DNA from: Candidatus Woesearchaeota archaeon
Lineage (GTDB): Archaea > Nanobdellota > Nanobdellia > Woesearchaeales > UBA10216
DNA length: 61,908 nucleotides
Assembly: GCA_043807015.1 (NCBI GenBank)
Contig: JAZDGJ010000047.1
Location: 1-61,908, forward strand
Direction of reading: 5' to 3'
The notes under the pieces were generated by a model. The model was given only the letters and a program-made list of their open reading frames with translations, was not told the origin of the DNA and ran no database searches. Shown piece after piece: positions 44,386-53,170 of this stretch. The translations under genes were made by a program, and so were the position numbers. The number at the start of each line of letters is the position of its first letter. The stretch's first letter is position 1.

Positions 44386-45747
44386 ATGAAAGCTGCTGCT
44401 GAAATGGAAAAGAAAACGATGCTTACTGACCTATACCAGCTTACGATGAACGCAGCTTACTTTGACAACAACAAGGACGAAACAGCAACTTTTGACCTTT
44501 TCATCAGGAAATTGCCTCTGGACTGGGGTTATTTCATAGCAAACGGCGTTGAGGATGCCGTTGATTATGCGACAAACATCGGCTTCACCGAGGAAGACTT
44601 GGATTACTTGAGCAGAGAGGGGCTTTTCAAGCAGGAATTTCTGGAACAGCTTCGCGGCTTCAGATTTGAGGGCGATATCTATGCTGTGAAAGAAGGCACT
44701 CCCATATTTCCAAATGAGCCTGTTCTCAGAGTCACTGCAAAAAGAACCCAGGCGCAGTTCCTAGAGACAGCGCTTCTCAACATCATCAACTTCCAGACAA
44801 TGATTGCCACAAAGGCAAACAGGGTTGTAAATGCTGCCCAGGGAGCCAAAGTAGTGGACTTCGGGCTTAGGAGGGCGCAGGGAGAGGATGCTGCAATGAC
44901 TGGAGCAAGGGCAGCCTACATTGGCGGAGCTGTGGCTACAAGCAATGTTAAGGCAGGCATGGAATACGGCATCCCCATCTCAGGAACCCATGCGCACAGC
45001 TTTGTGATGAGCTTCCCAACAGAGCTTGAGGCGTTCAGGGCTTATGTCAAGACGTTCCCAAAGAATGGCACGTTGTTGATTGACACTTATGATACCTTGC
45101 AGGGAGCAAGAAACGCAGCCATAATTGCCAAAGAACTTGAGGCAAACGGCGGAAGGCTTGGCGCTGTGAGGCTTGACTCTGGCGACCTTGCAGATCTTTC
45201 GATAAGAGTCAGGAAAATTCTGGATGAGCAGGGACTGCAGTATGTCAAGATAATGGCAAGCAACGACCTCAACGAATACAAGATTGAAGAACTCATAAAA
45301 CAGGGCGCAAAAATAGACGGTTACGGCGTCGGCACAGAGATGATTACTGCAAAGCCTGTGGCTGCAATTCCAGGTGTCTACAAGCTTGTGGCAGATGCTG
45401 GCGGTGCCAAGATAAAGCTCTCCGAGGGCAAGCAAACACTCCCCGGCTTGAAGCAGGTTTACAGGCTCACTGGGCTTGATGGAAAATTTGCTGGCGATAC
45501 AATAGCAATTGAAGGGGAACAAGCAGAAGGAACTCCATTGCTTGAACTGGTTATTAGAAACGGCGCGCGAGTAAATGCTAGAAGACCACTTGCAGCAATA
45601 CGCCAGTATGCGCTTGACAATGTTGCAAAGCTCCCAGACTGCCTCAAAGATGTGAGGGTGAAGCAGCAATACAATGTTGCTGAATCCACGGGATTAAAGC
45701 ACCTTGTCGAGCAGCTTACAATGAAATATTCGGCAGCGCTTGTTTAA
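44386..45747 (+). CDS. pncB: Nicotinate phosphoribosyltransferase
   Basis: MLTDLYQLTMNAAYF, FDLFIRK, NIINFQTMIATKA and VVDFGLRRAQG. Confidence 0.9.
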   Translation: MKAAAEMEKKTMLTDLYQLTMNAAYFDNNKDETATFDLFIRKLPLDWGYFIANGVEDAVDYATNIGFTEEDLDYLSREGLFKQEFLEQLRGFRFEGDIYAVKEGTPIFPNEPVLRVTAKRTQAQFLETALLNIINFQTMIATKANRVVNAAQGAKVVDFGLRRAQGEDAAMTGARAAYIGGAVATSNVKAGMEYGIPISGTHAHSFVMSFPTELEAFRAYVKTFPKNGTLLIDTYDTLQGARNAAIIAKELEANGGRLGAVRLDSGDLADLSIRVRKILDEQGLQYVKIMASNDLNEYKIEELIKQGAKIDGYGVGTEMITAKPVAAIPGVYKLVADAGGAKIKLSEGKQTLPGLKQVYRLTGLDGKFAGDTIAIEGEQAEGTPLLELVIRNGARVNARRPLAAIRQYALDNVAKLPDCLKDVRVKQQYNVAESTGLKHLVEQLTMKYSAALV

Positions 45748-45755
45748 CGCTAATA

Positions 45756-45776
45756 TTAGTGTATAAAAAACACGAT
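45756..45776. promoter_or_regulatory. Candidate NrtR operator 4, upstream of pncA
   Basis: TTAGTGTATAAAAAACACGAT. GTATAAAAAAC fits GT-N7-AC. Confidence 0.45.
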
Positions 45777-45913
45777 GTGGAGGCGATGAAAATGATGGAA
45801 AAAGTGGAGGAAATCGTCGGAAGGGTCAGGGGAGAAGGAACTGACTACACTGTAATGATAGTTTACGGCGGGCCTGAAATGGCTTACTTTGACGAGGAGA
45901 TGAGGTGAGCAAA

Positions 45914-46543
45914 ATGGCAACTGCAATATTCTGGAACGTTGACACGCAGTTTGACTTCATGAGGAAAGAGGGCAAGCTCTATGTGCCTGATGCAGAGAAG
46001 ATTGAGCCAATGCTTGCGAGGATTACCAGGCTGGCAAAGGAATACGGCATCAAGGTTGTGAGCACCGCAGATAGTCATGACAAAAGTTCCCATGAGCTTG
46101 CAGAAAATCCAGACTTCATCACTACATTTCCTGAGCACTGCATATACGGCACTCCGGGAGCAGAGTATGTTCCTGCAACAAAGCCTGAGAATGCCTATGT
46201 GCTTGACTGGCGCAACAAAACGCTGAATGAGCGCCTTGTTTTGGCAAAAAGAAACATTGTGCTGACAAAGGACGACTTTGACGTATTCAACAAGCAGCAT
46301 GGCTCACCGCATGTGGAGCAAGTGCTTGAGCTGCTGAAACCAAAAAAGGCTGTGGTCTATGGAGTTGCAACAAATGTCTGCGTAGACTATGCAGTGGAAG
46401 GCTTGCTGAACAGAGGCATAGAAGTGTATGTTTTGGGTGATGCCATAAAGGGCTTGCCTGGCATACCCGACCCTGTGGAGAAATGGCAGCACCGAGATGC
46501 AAGAATAATTGGCACGGATAACTTGGAGACAATGCTAAGGTGA
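45914..46543 (+). CDS. pncA: Nicotinamidase (isochorismatase family)
   Basis: AIFWNVDTQFDFM, STADSH and VVYGVATNVCV (catalytic Cys). ATG at 45914. Confidence 0.85.
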   Translation: MATAIFWNVDTQFDFMRKEGKLYVPDAEKIEPMLARITRLAKEYGIKVVSTADSHDKSSHELAENPDFITTFPEHCIYGTPGAEYVPATKPENAYVLDWRNKTLNERLVLAKRNIVLTKDDFDVFNKQHGSPHVEQVLELLKPKKAVVYGVATNVCVDYAVEGLLNRGIEVYVLGDAIKGLPGIPDPVEKWQHRDARIIGTDNLETMLR

Positions 46544-46547
46544 GAAA

Positions 46548-47417
46548 ATGGCCCTTGAAAGAATACTGTTGCCTGAAATGGACCCTGAAAAAGTGGCTGG
46601 CGAGATAGGAGAGTTCATTGTGGCAGCCTGCAGCGAAGTTGGCGCAACAGGAGTTGTCATAGGGCTCTCAGGCGGTGTTGATTCAACCACAACTGCAGCC
46701 TTGGCAGCGGACGCATTCCGAAAGCAAGCTGCAGGGCTTGAGGTTGTTGGCTACATCCTTCCGACCAAACTTAACGCGCAAGCAGACACATTAGATGGAA
46801 TAAGTGTCGCCAAGAATTTGGGCATCAGGTATGAAGTCCTGGACCTCGAGCCAATAGTTGAGGCTCACAAATGCACAAATCCTGAGGCATTCAGGTCCAA
46901 CTACGAAAAGGGAAACATGATTTCCAGGATAAGGGCAAACATCCTCTCAACAAAGGCAGCAACAGAGAGGAAAATTGTAATGGGCACTGGAAACAAAGAC
47001 GAGGATTTTGGCGTGGGCTATTACACGTTATTCGGCGATGGCGCTGTGCACATGAGCCCGATAGGCAATCTTCCGAAAAGGCTCGTGAGGCAGATGGCAA
47101 GGCATTATGGCTTTAATGGCATTGCAGGCAAGGAGCCGTCAGCAGGCTTGGAGCCGGGGCAGACAGACTTCAAAGATTTGGGGTATAGCTTTGACTCTGT
47201 TGAAATAGTGCTTGAGGGCTTAAGGCAGGGTTTCACAAGTGAACAGTTGTACATTCATCCACAGGTGAGAAAGTGCATAGAGCATGAATTGGGGCAGAAA
47301 TTCAACAGCGTTGATGCTGCAGTCAATGACATCATCAGAAGGCACTATGAAATAGCAATCCCGAAAATGAAAATAATCCATCCCGAGGCAGCAAAAGTTA
47401 CGCTGATTTACAGGTGA
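46548..47417 (+). CDS. nadE: NH3-dependent NAD+ synthetase
   Basis: The PP-loop VVIGLSGGVDSTTTAALA and the GTGNKDEDFGVGYYTLFGDG block. Confidence 0.9.
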   Translation: MALERILLPEMDPEKVAGEIGEFIVAACSEVGATGVVIGLSGGVDSTTTAALAADAFRKQAAGLEVVGYILPTKLNAQADTLDGISVAKNLGIRYEVLDLEPIVEAHKCTNPEAFRSNYEKGNMISRIRANILSTKAATERKIVMGTGNKDEDFGVGYYTLFGDGAVHMSPIGNLPKRLVRQMARHYGFNGIAGKEPSAGLEPGQTDFKDLGYSFDSVEIVLEGLRQGFTSEQLYIHPQVRKCIEHELGQKFNSVDAAVNDIIRRHYEIAIPKMKIIHPEAAKVTLIYR

Positions 47418-47422
47418 GAAAA

Positions 47423-48493
47423 ATGACAACGCACAGCAGCGGATTCAACAATCCCATACCGGCAACTGACGCCATAATAGAATATGAAGGCGGCATAGTC
47501 CTAATAACCAGAAAAAACCCGCCGTACGGACTTGCAATACCAGGCGGCTTTGCAGAGGGAGGGCTCACATTGGAGGAAAATGTGAGGAAAGAAGCCTTGG
47601 AAGAAACAGGACTGACTTATATTGTAAAAAAACACATACCTTTTGCAATTTCTGATAAACCCAAGAGAGACCCCCGCGCGCACATTATAAGCATAGCATA
47701 TGTCGGCAGGGGCTATGGCGAGCTTGTTGCCGGAGACGATGCTGCTGCAGCGAGAGTCTATTCTTTTGACGAGGTAATGCACCTGGCAAAGGGCGGTGAA
47801 ATTGACGGAATGAGGCTGGCATTTGACCATGCTGCAATACTTGGAAAATACCTTGCTGAAAGGCCAAAGCTCGGAATTGACAAGCCGCTTGGAAAAGCAG
47901 GAGTTATTGGGAGATTCAGGCCGCCCCATCTTGGCACCGCATTGCTGCTTGAGGCACTATGTGAGCAGGCAGAACACGCAATAATAGGCATAGGCAGCGC
48001 CAACAAGTACAACTGCAGGAATCCCTTCACTGCAGAAGAGGCGAAACAGATGGTAGACCTGCTGCTGAAGCCGAGATTCTCCAACTACGAATTTGTTGAG
48101 GTTCAGGACTACGGGCACATTCCGGAACACAGCGACGGGAAAAAATGGGTGGAGGAAGTGGCAAACTCCTTTGGTGCGCTTGATGCATTTGTCTCGGGAA
48201 ATAACTATGTCCATGAGCTTTTGGTCGCGAAATATCCCGTGCTCAACTCCTATGATATAATCCCGAGGGGGAAATGGGTGAAAGCGAGCGGCACAATGGT
48301 CAGGCAGGCAATGGCAGCTGGAAGAGACTGGAAAATGCTTGTGCCTGAAGCCGTAGCCGGATATATTGAGCGCAACAGACTGGACCAGCGTTTCAGGAAG
48401 GAATTCGGCTTGGAGACAATAGCGCGGATGGCTGATGAAGAATACCTCAATACAAACACTGCCGCTGAGAGGCAGCGCGTAAAGGGGGGATGA
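47423..48493 (+). CDS. nadM: Fusion of an N-terminal Nudix hydrolase and a C-terminal archaeal-type NMN/NaMN adenylyltransferase
   Basis: Nudix box GGFAEGGLTLEENVRKEALEETGL. The C-terminal half aligns with archaeal NMNAT: VIGRFRPPHLGT, IIGIGSANKYNCRNPFTAEEA and SGTMVRQAMAAGRDWKMLVP. Confidence 0.8.
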   Translation: MTTHSSGFNNPIPATDAIIEYEGGIVLITRKNPPYGLAIPGGFAEGGLTLEENVRKEALEETGLTYIVKKHIPFAISDKPKRDPRAHIISIAYVGRGYGELVAGDDAAAARVYSFDEVMHLAKGGEIDGMRLAFDHAAILGKYLAERPKLGIDKPLGKAGVIGRFRPPHLGTALLLEALCEQAEHAIIGIGSANKYNCRNPFTAEEAKQMVDLLLKPRFSNYEFVEVQDYGHIPEHSDGKKWVEEVANSFGALDAFVSGNNYVHELLVAKYPVLNSYDIIPRGKWVKASGTMVRQAMAAGRDWKMLVPEAVAGYIERNRLDQRFRKEFGLETIARMADEEYLNTNTAAERQRVKGG

Positions 48494-48496
48494 ATT

Positions 48497-49264
48497 ATGG
48501 GGCTCTTGGACGAATACGAAATAGTTGAGCAAATCAGCGAAGGAGGGTTTGGCAGGATATTTGTTGCCAAGCATAAGGCGCTGGAAGAGCTTGCCTGCAT
48601 CAAGCAGAACCTAACTCCTGGTGCAGAAGATGTTGAGCTTCTTAGGCAGGAAGCTAAGATACTTTGGAAGCTCTGCGAATACCATTCAATTCCCCATGCA
48701 AAGGGATTCTATCTTTTGGACAGCACAAACGCTGCCTTGGTAATGAGCTACATAGAAGGAAAAACACTGGACAGCATTATCACCAAGCACGGAAGATTGC
48801 ACCCAGAAGATGCCTCCTGGATCACAGAAAGGCTTCTTGGCGCATTGTACTATGCCCACTCATACGGCGTTATTCATGCAGATGTCAAGCCCCAAAATGT
48901 GATTATTGAGCCAAAAAAGCACGACATCAAACTGATTGACTGGGGGCTTTCTGTCTACAGGCCGACGAGCATGACAAAGCCAGTGGGCTCAACTCCCGCG
49001 TATGCTGCCCCTGAAATCATACAAGGCAAGCCGCCTATTCCAGAATCAGATATCTATGGAGCAGGAATTGTGCTGATGTATGCGCTTGGCGGCAATCCTG
49101 ACAAAAAAGTCTTGCCCAAGGATGTGCCTGACAAGCTGGCTGATTTGTGCAATAGCATGCTTCGATATGATCCCAATGAAAGGCCAAATTGGGAAAGGAT
49201 GAATCCCATTCAGAGGCTATCTGACATCAGGCAGGAGGTCTTTGGCAGGAGGCATACTGCCTGA
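48497..49264 (+). CDS. Hanks-type Ser/Thr protein kinase, catalytic domain only
   Basis: SEGGFGRIF, ACIKQ, IHADVKPQNVII, DWGLS and TPAYAAPE. Confidence 0.8.
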   Translation: MGLLDEYEIVEQISEGGFGRIFVAKHKALEELACIKQNLTPGAEDVELLRQEAKILWKLCEYHSIPHAKGFYLLDSTNAALVMSYIEGKTLDSIITKHGRLHPEDASWITERLLGALYYAHSYGVIHADVKPQNVIIEPKKHDIKLIDWGLSVYRPTSMTKPVGSTPAYAAPEIIQGKPPIPESDIYGAGIVLMYALGGNPDKKVLPKDVPDKLADLCNSMLRYDPNERPNWERMNPIQRLSDIRQEVFGRRHTA

Positions 49265-49319
49265 TTGAGCTGTAGCAAGCTCGAGATAGCGGGAGCTATA
49301 AACGACGGAGGTGGTATAT

Positions 49320-50312
49320 ATGTACAGCTGGGGAGGAAGTACAAAAGAGTGGAAAAAGCCAGGTGGCTACAAGTTTGACTCAGCAAGGGCGCCTTACCTG
49401 GACAGCCTTGCAGCAGCATCAAAAGCAAAGGGAGGGAGGCATTACTCAACAAGGTCAAGCCCGGATTTAAAGCTTGTTGATCCAAAAGGCAAGACCATAA
49501 CAAGCGACAGCCTGAACGCGATAATTTTTGGCATAGACGTTACTGGCTCAATGTCTGAATGGCCGAGGGAAATATTTGACAGGCTGCCATTATTTTACCA
49601 GACATTGTCGCAGTACAGGCCTGACCTTGAGGTAAGCTTTGCAGCAATCGGCGACGCATCATGTGACAACTACCCGTTGCAGGTGAACAACTTTGGGAAG
49701 GGTGTTTCACTTGAGGAGCATGTCAAAGCCCTTTATCCTGAGGGTGGCGGAGGGGGGCAGGTGAGCGAGAGCTACGAAATGTTCGGTTACTTTGTGCTGG
49801 CTCATGCAAAGCTGCCTAAGGCTGTTTCGCCATTCTTGTTCATTTGCGGCGATGAGAAGTTCTACAACGCAGTTGACCCCGCGCAAGTCGAACACTACAT
49901 TGGAGACAAACTTCAGGGACCACTGGACTCTAAACTTGTGCTTGAAAAGCTGATGCAGAAGTATGACATTTTCTACCTGCACAAGCCGTATGGAAGCGGA
50001 GGAGACGAAGACACAACTGCTGAAGTCAGGGAGCATTGGGCAAGGGCCATCGGACCCCAAAGGGTGATTGCCTTGCCAAGCTATGACCGGGTTGTGGACA
50101 TAGCAATGGGAATAGTGGCAAAAAAGTGGGGGCAATTCGGCGACTTCAAGGACAACCTAAGCGCAAGACAGACTGACCCGAATGTCGTTGACGGAGTATA
50201 CAGGAGCCTCAGGTTCATTACTGAAGACGGCTCAACCGGCTCAGTAAGGAACAAGACCCTTCCGCCAGGAAAGACAATTTCCCTCAAGAAGCTGCCTCCT
50301 GGGAAAGCTTAA
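49320..50312 (+). CDS. vWA-like (MIDAS-containing) protein
   Basis: IIFGIDVTGSMS resembles the DxSGS MIDAS start and is followed by alternating beta/alpha sequence. GGAGGTGG lies 7 nt upstream of the ATG at 49320. Confidence 0.5.
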   Translation: MYSWGGSTKEWKKPGGYKFDSARAPYLDSLAAASKAKGGRHYSTRSSPDLKLVDPKGKTITSDSLNAIIFGIDVTGSMSEWPREIFDRLPLFYQTLSQYRPDLEVSFAAIGDASCDNYPLQVNNFGKGVSLEEHVKALYPEGGGGGQVSESYEMFGYFVLAHAKLPKAVSPFLFICGDEKFYNAVDPAQVEHYIGDKLQGPLDSKLVLEKLMQKYDIFYLHKPYGSGGDEDTTAEVREHWARAIGPQRVIALPSYDRVVDIAMGIVAKKWGQFGDFKDNLSARQTDPNVVDGVYRSLRFITEDGSTGSVRNKTLPPGKTISLKKLPPGKA

Positions 50313-50349
50313 TTTTTTTATTTTTTTTAAATTCAGAAGGTGATCCAAA

Positions 50350-51258
50350 ATGGGAGCAAAAGCAATCGTGACAATTCCGCCATATGCGCCATACATGAAA
50401 GAAGTTTTGAACAACACGATAGTTTCGGGCATAAGGCTGAATACAGTGATGCCATTACATGAAACTCTGGATGATGCAGTTAAAAGGCTAAATGACGAAG
50501 CGCAAAAAGCTGGCAAAGACCTTTGGATTGACCTCAAGTGCAGGCAGCTACGAGTAAAGACATATGGCGTGCCGCCATTTACTGAAATTGAACTAACTCA
50601 TAACCTTACCGTTGATGCGGGCACAACAGCCTATTTCTCAGGCGGGTTGGAAAAGGCAACAATATTGAGCGTTAAGAATAACAGGCTGCTAATGCAGGAG
50701 GGTCCAAAAAGGGTGGTGGGTCCTGGAGAAGCCATCAACATACTCCATCCCTCCTTGAAGATAGAAGGCTATCTTACTGATACAGACAAAAAGTATATTG
50801 AGGCATGCAGCAGGCTTGGGCTCCATAATTATATGGCTTCTTTTGTTGAAGGCGCCGAAGACCTAGAAGAGATTGGCAAGCTTGACGGGCAGGCAAATCT
50901 CATTGCCAAGATCGAGTCCCAAAAAGGAATTGAATATGTGCAGACGGGCTGGAACGGAAAGTCAAGGCTCATGGCTGCAAGGGGAGACTTGTTTGTTGAG
51001 CTGAAAATGCCCCATCACATAACGCAGGCTGTTGAAGCAATAGTCCGCAAAGACCCAAATGCCATTGTTGCATCAAGAATTTTTGATTCCCTCGCACAAA
51101 GCCTTGAGCCTTCATGCGCTGACATTGGAGATGCAGACAACCTGCTGAGAATGGGCTACAGGGCTTTCATGTTTGGAGACGAAATTTGCATGGAGCGCAA
51201 CCAAATAATGAGCGGGCTGAACCTGCTTAGGGCAATGGCCCAGAGGTATGAAAAATGA
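50350..51258 (+). CDS. Pyruvate-kinase-like TIM-barrel protein lacking the C-terminal domain
   Basis: AIVTIPPY..GIRLNTV, DLKCRQLRV, MASFVEGAEDL, LIAKIESQKGI (one mismatch to the PK signature as I recall it) and MAARGDLFVEL. Only 302 aa. Confidence 0.6.
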   Translation: MGAKAIVTIPPYAPYMKEVLNNTIVSGIRLNTVMPLHETLDDAVKRLNDEAQKAGKDLWIDLKCRQLRVKTYGVPPFTEIELTHNLTVDAGTTAYFSGGLEKATILSVKNNRLLMQEGPKRVVGPGEAINILHPSLKIEGYLTDTDKKYIEACSRLGLHNYMASFVEGAEDLEEIGKLDGQANLIAKIESQKGIEYVQTGWNGKSRLMAARGDLFVELKMPHHITQAVEAIVRKDPNAIVASRIFDSLAQSLEPSCADIGDADNLLRMGYRAFMFGDEICMERNQIMSGLNLLRAMAQRYEK

Positions 51259-52130
51259 AAGCGCAACTCTTCAGCATTATTGCAGGGAGCGAAGCATGCA
51301 ATGCGAGATGCCCATTTTGCATTTCAAAAATGACACCCCTGTGGGGAATTGAGCTGAAAGAGCCTGAAGTAAATTGGAGAAACTTCAGGATAGCTGCCAA
51401 TTATGCGAAGCAGGCTGGTGCGATTACGGCAATGCTTACGAGCAAAGGCGAGCCTACGCTGTTCCCTGAACAGATTACAAAATACCTCAAAGCATTAAAG
51501 GAGCATGACTTCCCCCTGCTGGAGCTCCAGACAAATGGCATTCTGCTCTATGAACAGCAACAGAAGTATGACACATTCCTCAATGAGTGGTATGGCTTGG
51601 GGCTGACTACGGTTGCTGTCTCTATTTCACATTACGATCCTGAGGCGAACCGCCAGATATATCTTCCTCACAAAGACAAATACATAAACCTGCCTGGCTT
51701 AGTTGACAACCTGCACGCTAAAGGCTACTCAGTTAGGCTGGCATGCGTAATGGCAGACGGCTTTATACACAGCCCTGAGGGGCTTGAAAAGCTGATAGCC
51801 TTTGCCAGAGAAAATGAAGTTGAGCAGCTTACTGTAAGGCCAGTAAACAAGCCTCAGAATCCCAGAAACGGCAATATCGAAACCTGGGTTGACTCCCATT
51901 TCCTCAAGGATAAGCAATTGAGGGACATCACAGCATACCTATCTGAAAAGGGGCACCAGCTTATGAAATTGCCGCATGGAGCTACAGTTTATGACGTAAA
52001 TGGGCAGAATGTGTGCATGGCAAATTCCCTGACCATTGAAAAAGAGGGTGAGGATGTGAGGCAGCTGATATTTTTCCCTGACGGGCATTTAAGGTTTGAC
52101 TGGCAATACAAGGGGGCGGTGCTACTATGA
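51255..52130 (+). CDS. Radical SAM enzyme (MoaA/viperin-like core, no SPASM extension seen)
   Basis: CNARCPFC is a CX3CX2C motif. Also SKGEPTL and LQTNGILL. ATGA overlap on both sides. Confidence 0.75.
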   Translation: MKAQLFSIIAGSEACNARCPFCISKMTPLWGIELKEPEVNWRNFRIAANYAKQAGAITAMLTSKGEPTLFPEQITKYLKALKEHDFPLLELQTNGILLYEQQQKYDTFLNEWYGLGLTTVAVSISHYDPEANRQIYLPHKDKYINLPGLVDNLHAKGYSVRLACVMADGFIHSPEGLEKLIAFARENEVEQLTVRPVNKPQNPRNGNIETWVDSHFLKDKQLRDITAYLSEKGHQLMKLPHGATVYDVNGQNVCMANSLTIEKEGEDVRQLIFFPDGHLRFDWQYKGAVLL

Positions 52131-53170
52131 AAAAACTTGAAGCAATGAAGGCAGTATATTGTTACTTTTTCCCTGAGGTAAGGCAGATTGTTCACGACAC
52201 TGAATCAGGGATTGACAACACGATATTCAATGTAACAACACCAGCAAGTAATGTTTCCAGGAACCTCGAATCAATCCTCAAAAAAAGCCTGGATGTTCCA
52301 TCAACTCCGGAAGGGTATGTCAATGTTGATGCAATACACATCCCAATAATTAGGCGGCTGGTAGAAGCATATTCCCCTGTTGTGCATGGTCTTAAGGAAT
52401 TCAAGCACAGTTATCCAACTTCAGGCTCAAGCGAAGGTTTATTCCATCTGTTGGCAAAACTAAAGGCTGATGGCGTCAAGGCAATAAATGTTCTGAATGG
52501 CGAATACGAAGGCTATGGCATACAGGCTGAGAACCTGGGCATGAAAGTGAACGTAATAGACCCTGAAACAGAAAGCATTGACAACCTTGTGCCAGGCTAT
52601 TGGTTTGTCAGCAACCCTTCTGCGAGAGACGGGAATGTATTACCGAACGATTTCATCAGTCATCTGTGCGATTTAGGCAATAAGGTGATTGTTGACCTTG
52701 CATATGTTGGCTCAACGAGCCAAAGGAAATTTGATATCAGCAACAAGAACATACCTGCAGTTGTATTGTCCTTGAGCAAGCCATTTGGCTTATTCAGATA
52801 CAGAATAGGCTTCACTTTCAGCAGGGAAGAAGTCCCTTCGCTTATTGGAAACAAGTGGTTTAAAGACACCATAAGGCTGCTGCAGGGATTAAAGGTTGTT
52901 GAAGAATTTGGAATGGCAGGACTCTACAATCGTTACCGCCAAACCCAGGAAAGCATTGTTGCAGGCATCAACAAAGAATTTGGAATTGGGATGCGCACCA
53001 GTGATGTTCTTTTGCTGGGACACCTTGAAAAAGATGATGCTGCAAAACTCAGCCAGGAACAGCTCAGCATAATAACGGATTTTAAAAGAGGCGATGGCTA
53101 CAGGTTCTGCCTTACACCATACTTCGAAAAGCTGGAAGGAGGGACTTTAAAATGGCAGCCACTCTTGTAG
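52127..53170 (+). CDS. Fold-type I PLP aminotransferase-like protein (HisC-like)
   Basis: VLSLSKPFGLFRYRIGF matches the S-x-SK-x-FG..G.R.G PLP-lysine block. YPTSGSSEG lies upstream of it. Confidence 0.55.
   Translation: MKKLEAMKAVYCYFFPEVRQIVHDTESGIDNTIFNVTTPASNVSRNLESILKKSLDVPSTPEGYVNVDAIHIPIIRRLVEAYSPVVHGLKEFKHSYPTSGSSEGLFHLLAKLKADGVKAINVLNGEYEGYGIQAENLGMKVNVIDPETESIDNLVPGYWFVSNPSARDGNVLPNDFISHLCDLGNKVIVDLAYVGSTSQRKFDISNKNIPAVVLSLSKPFGLFRYRIGFTFSREEVPSLIGNKWFKDTIRLLQGLKVVEEFGMAGLYNRYRQTQESIVAGINKEFGIGMRTSDVLLLGHLEKDDAAKLSQEQLSIITDFKRGDGYRFCLTPYFEKLEGGTLKWQPLL

Noticed and set aside
44980-45669. 229-aa minus-strand ORF. The same reasoning applies to 54252..54965, 59160..59864, 47957..48574, 28269..28838 and 1315..2029.
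   Set aside because: Each lies antisense to a gene with strong motif support (pncB, the PNP-like gene, the PIN-ATPase-KH gene, nadM/kinase, dnaG, and the HTH and family-A genes). None has a recognisable motif.
45786-45908. 40-aa ORF (MKMMEKVEEIVGRVRGEGTDYTVMIVYGGPEMAYFDEEMR) between pncB and pncA
   Set aside because: It is possible, since it follows NrtR box 4 and overlaps the GTG at 45905. It has no motif, and I could not assess conservation, so it is not listed as a feature.
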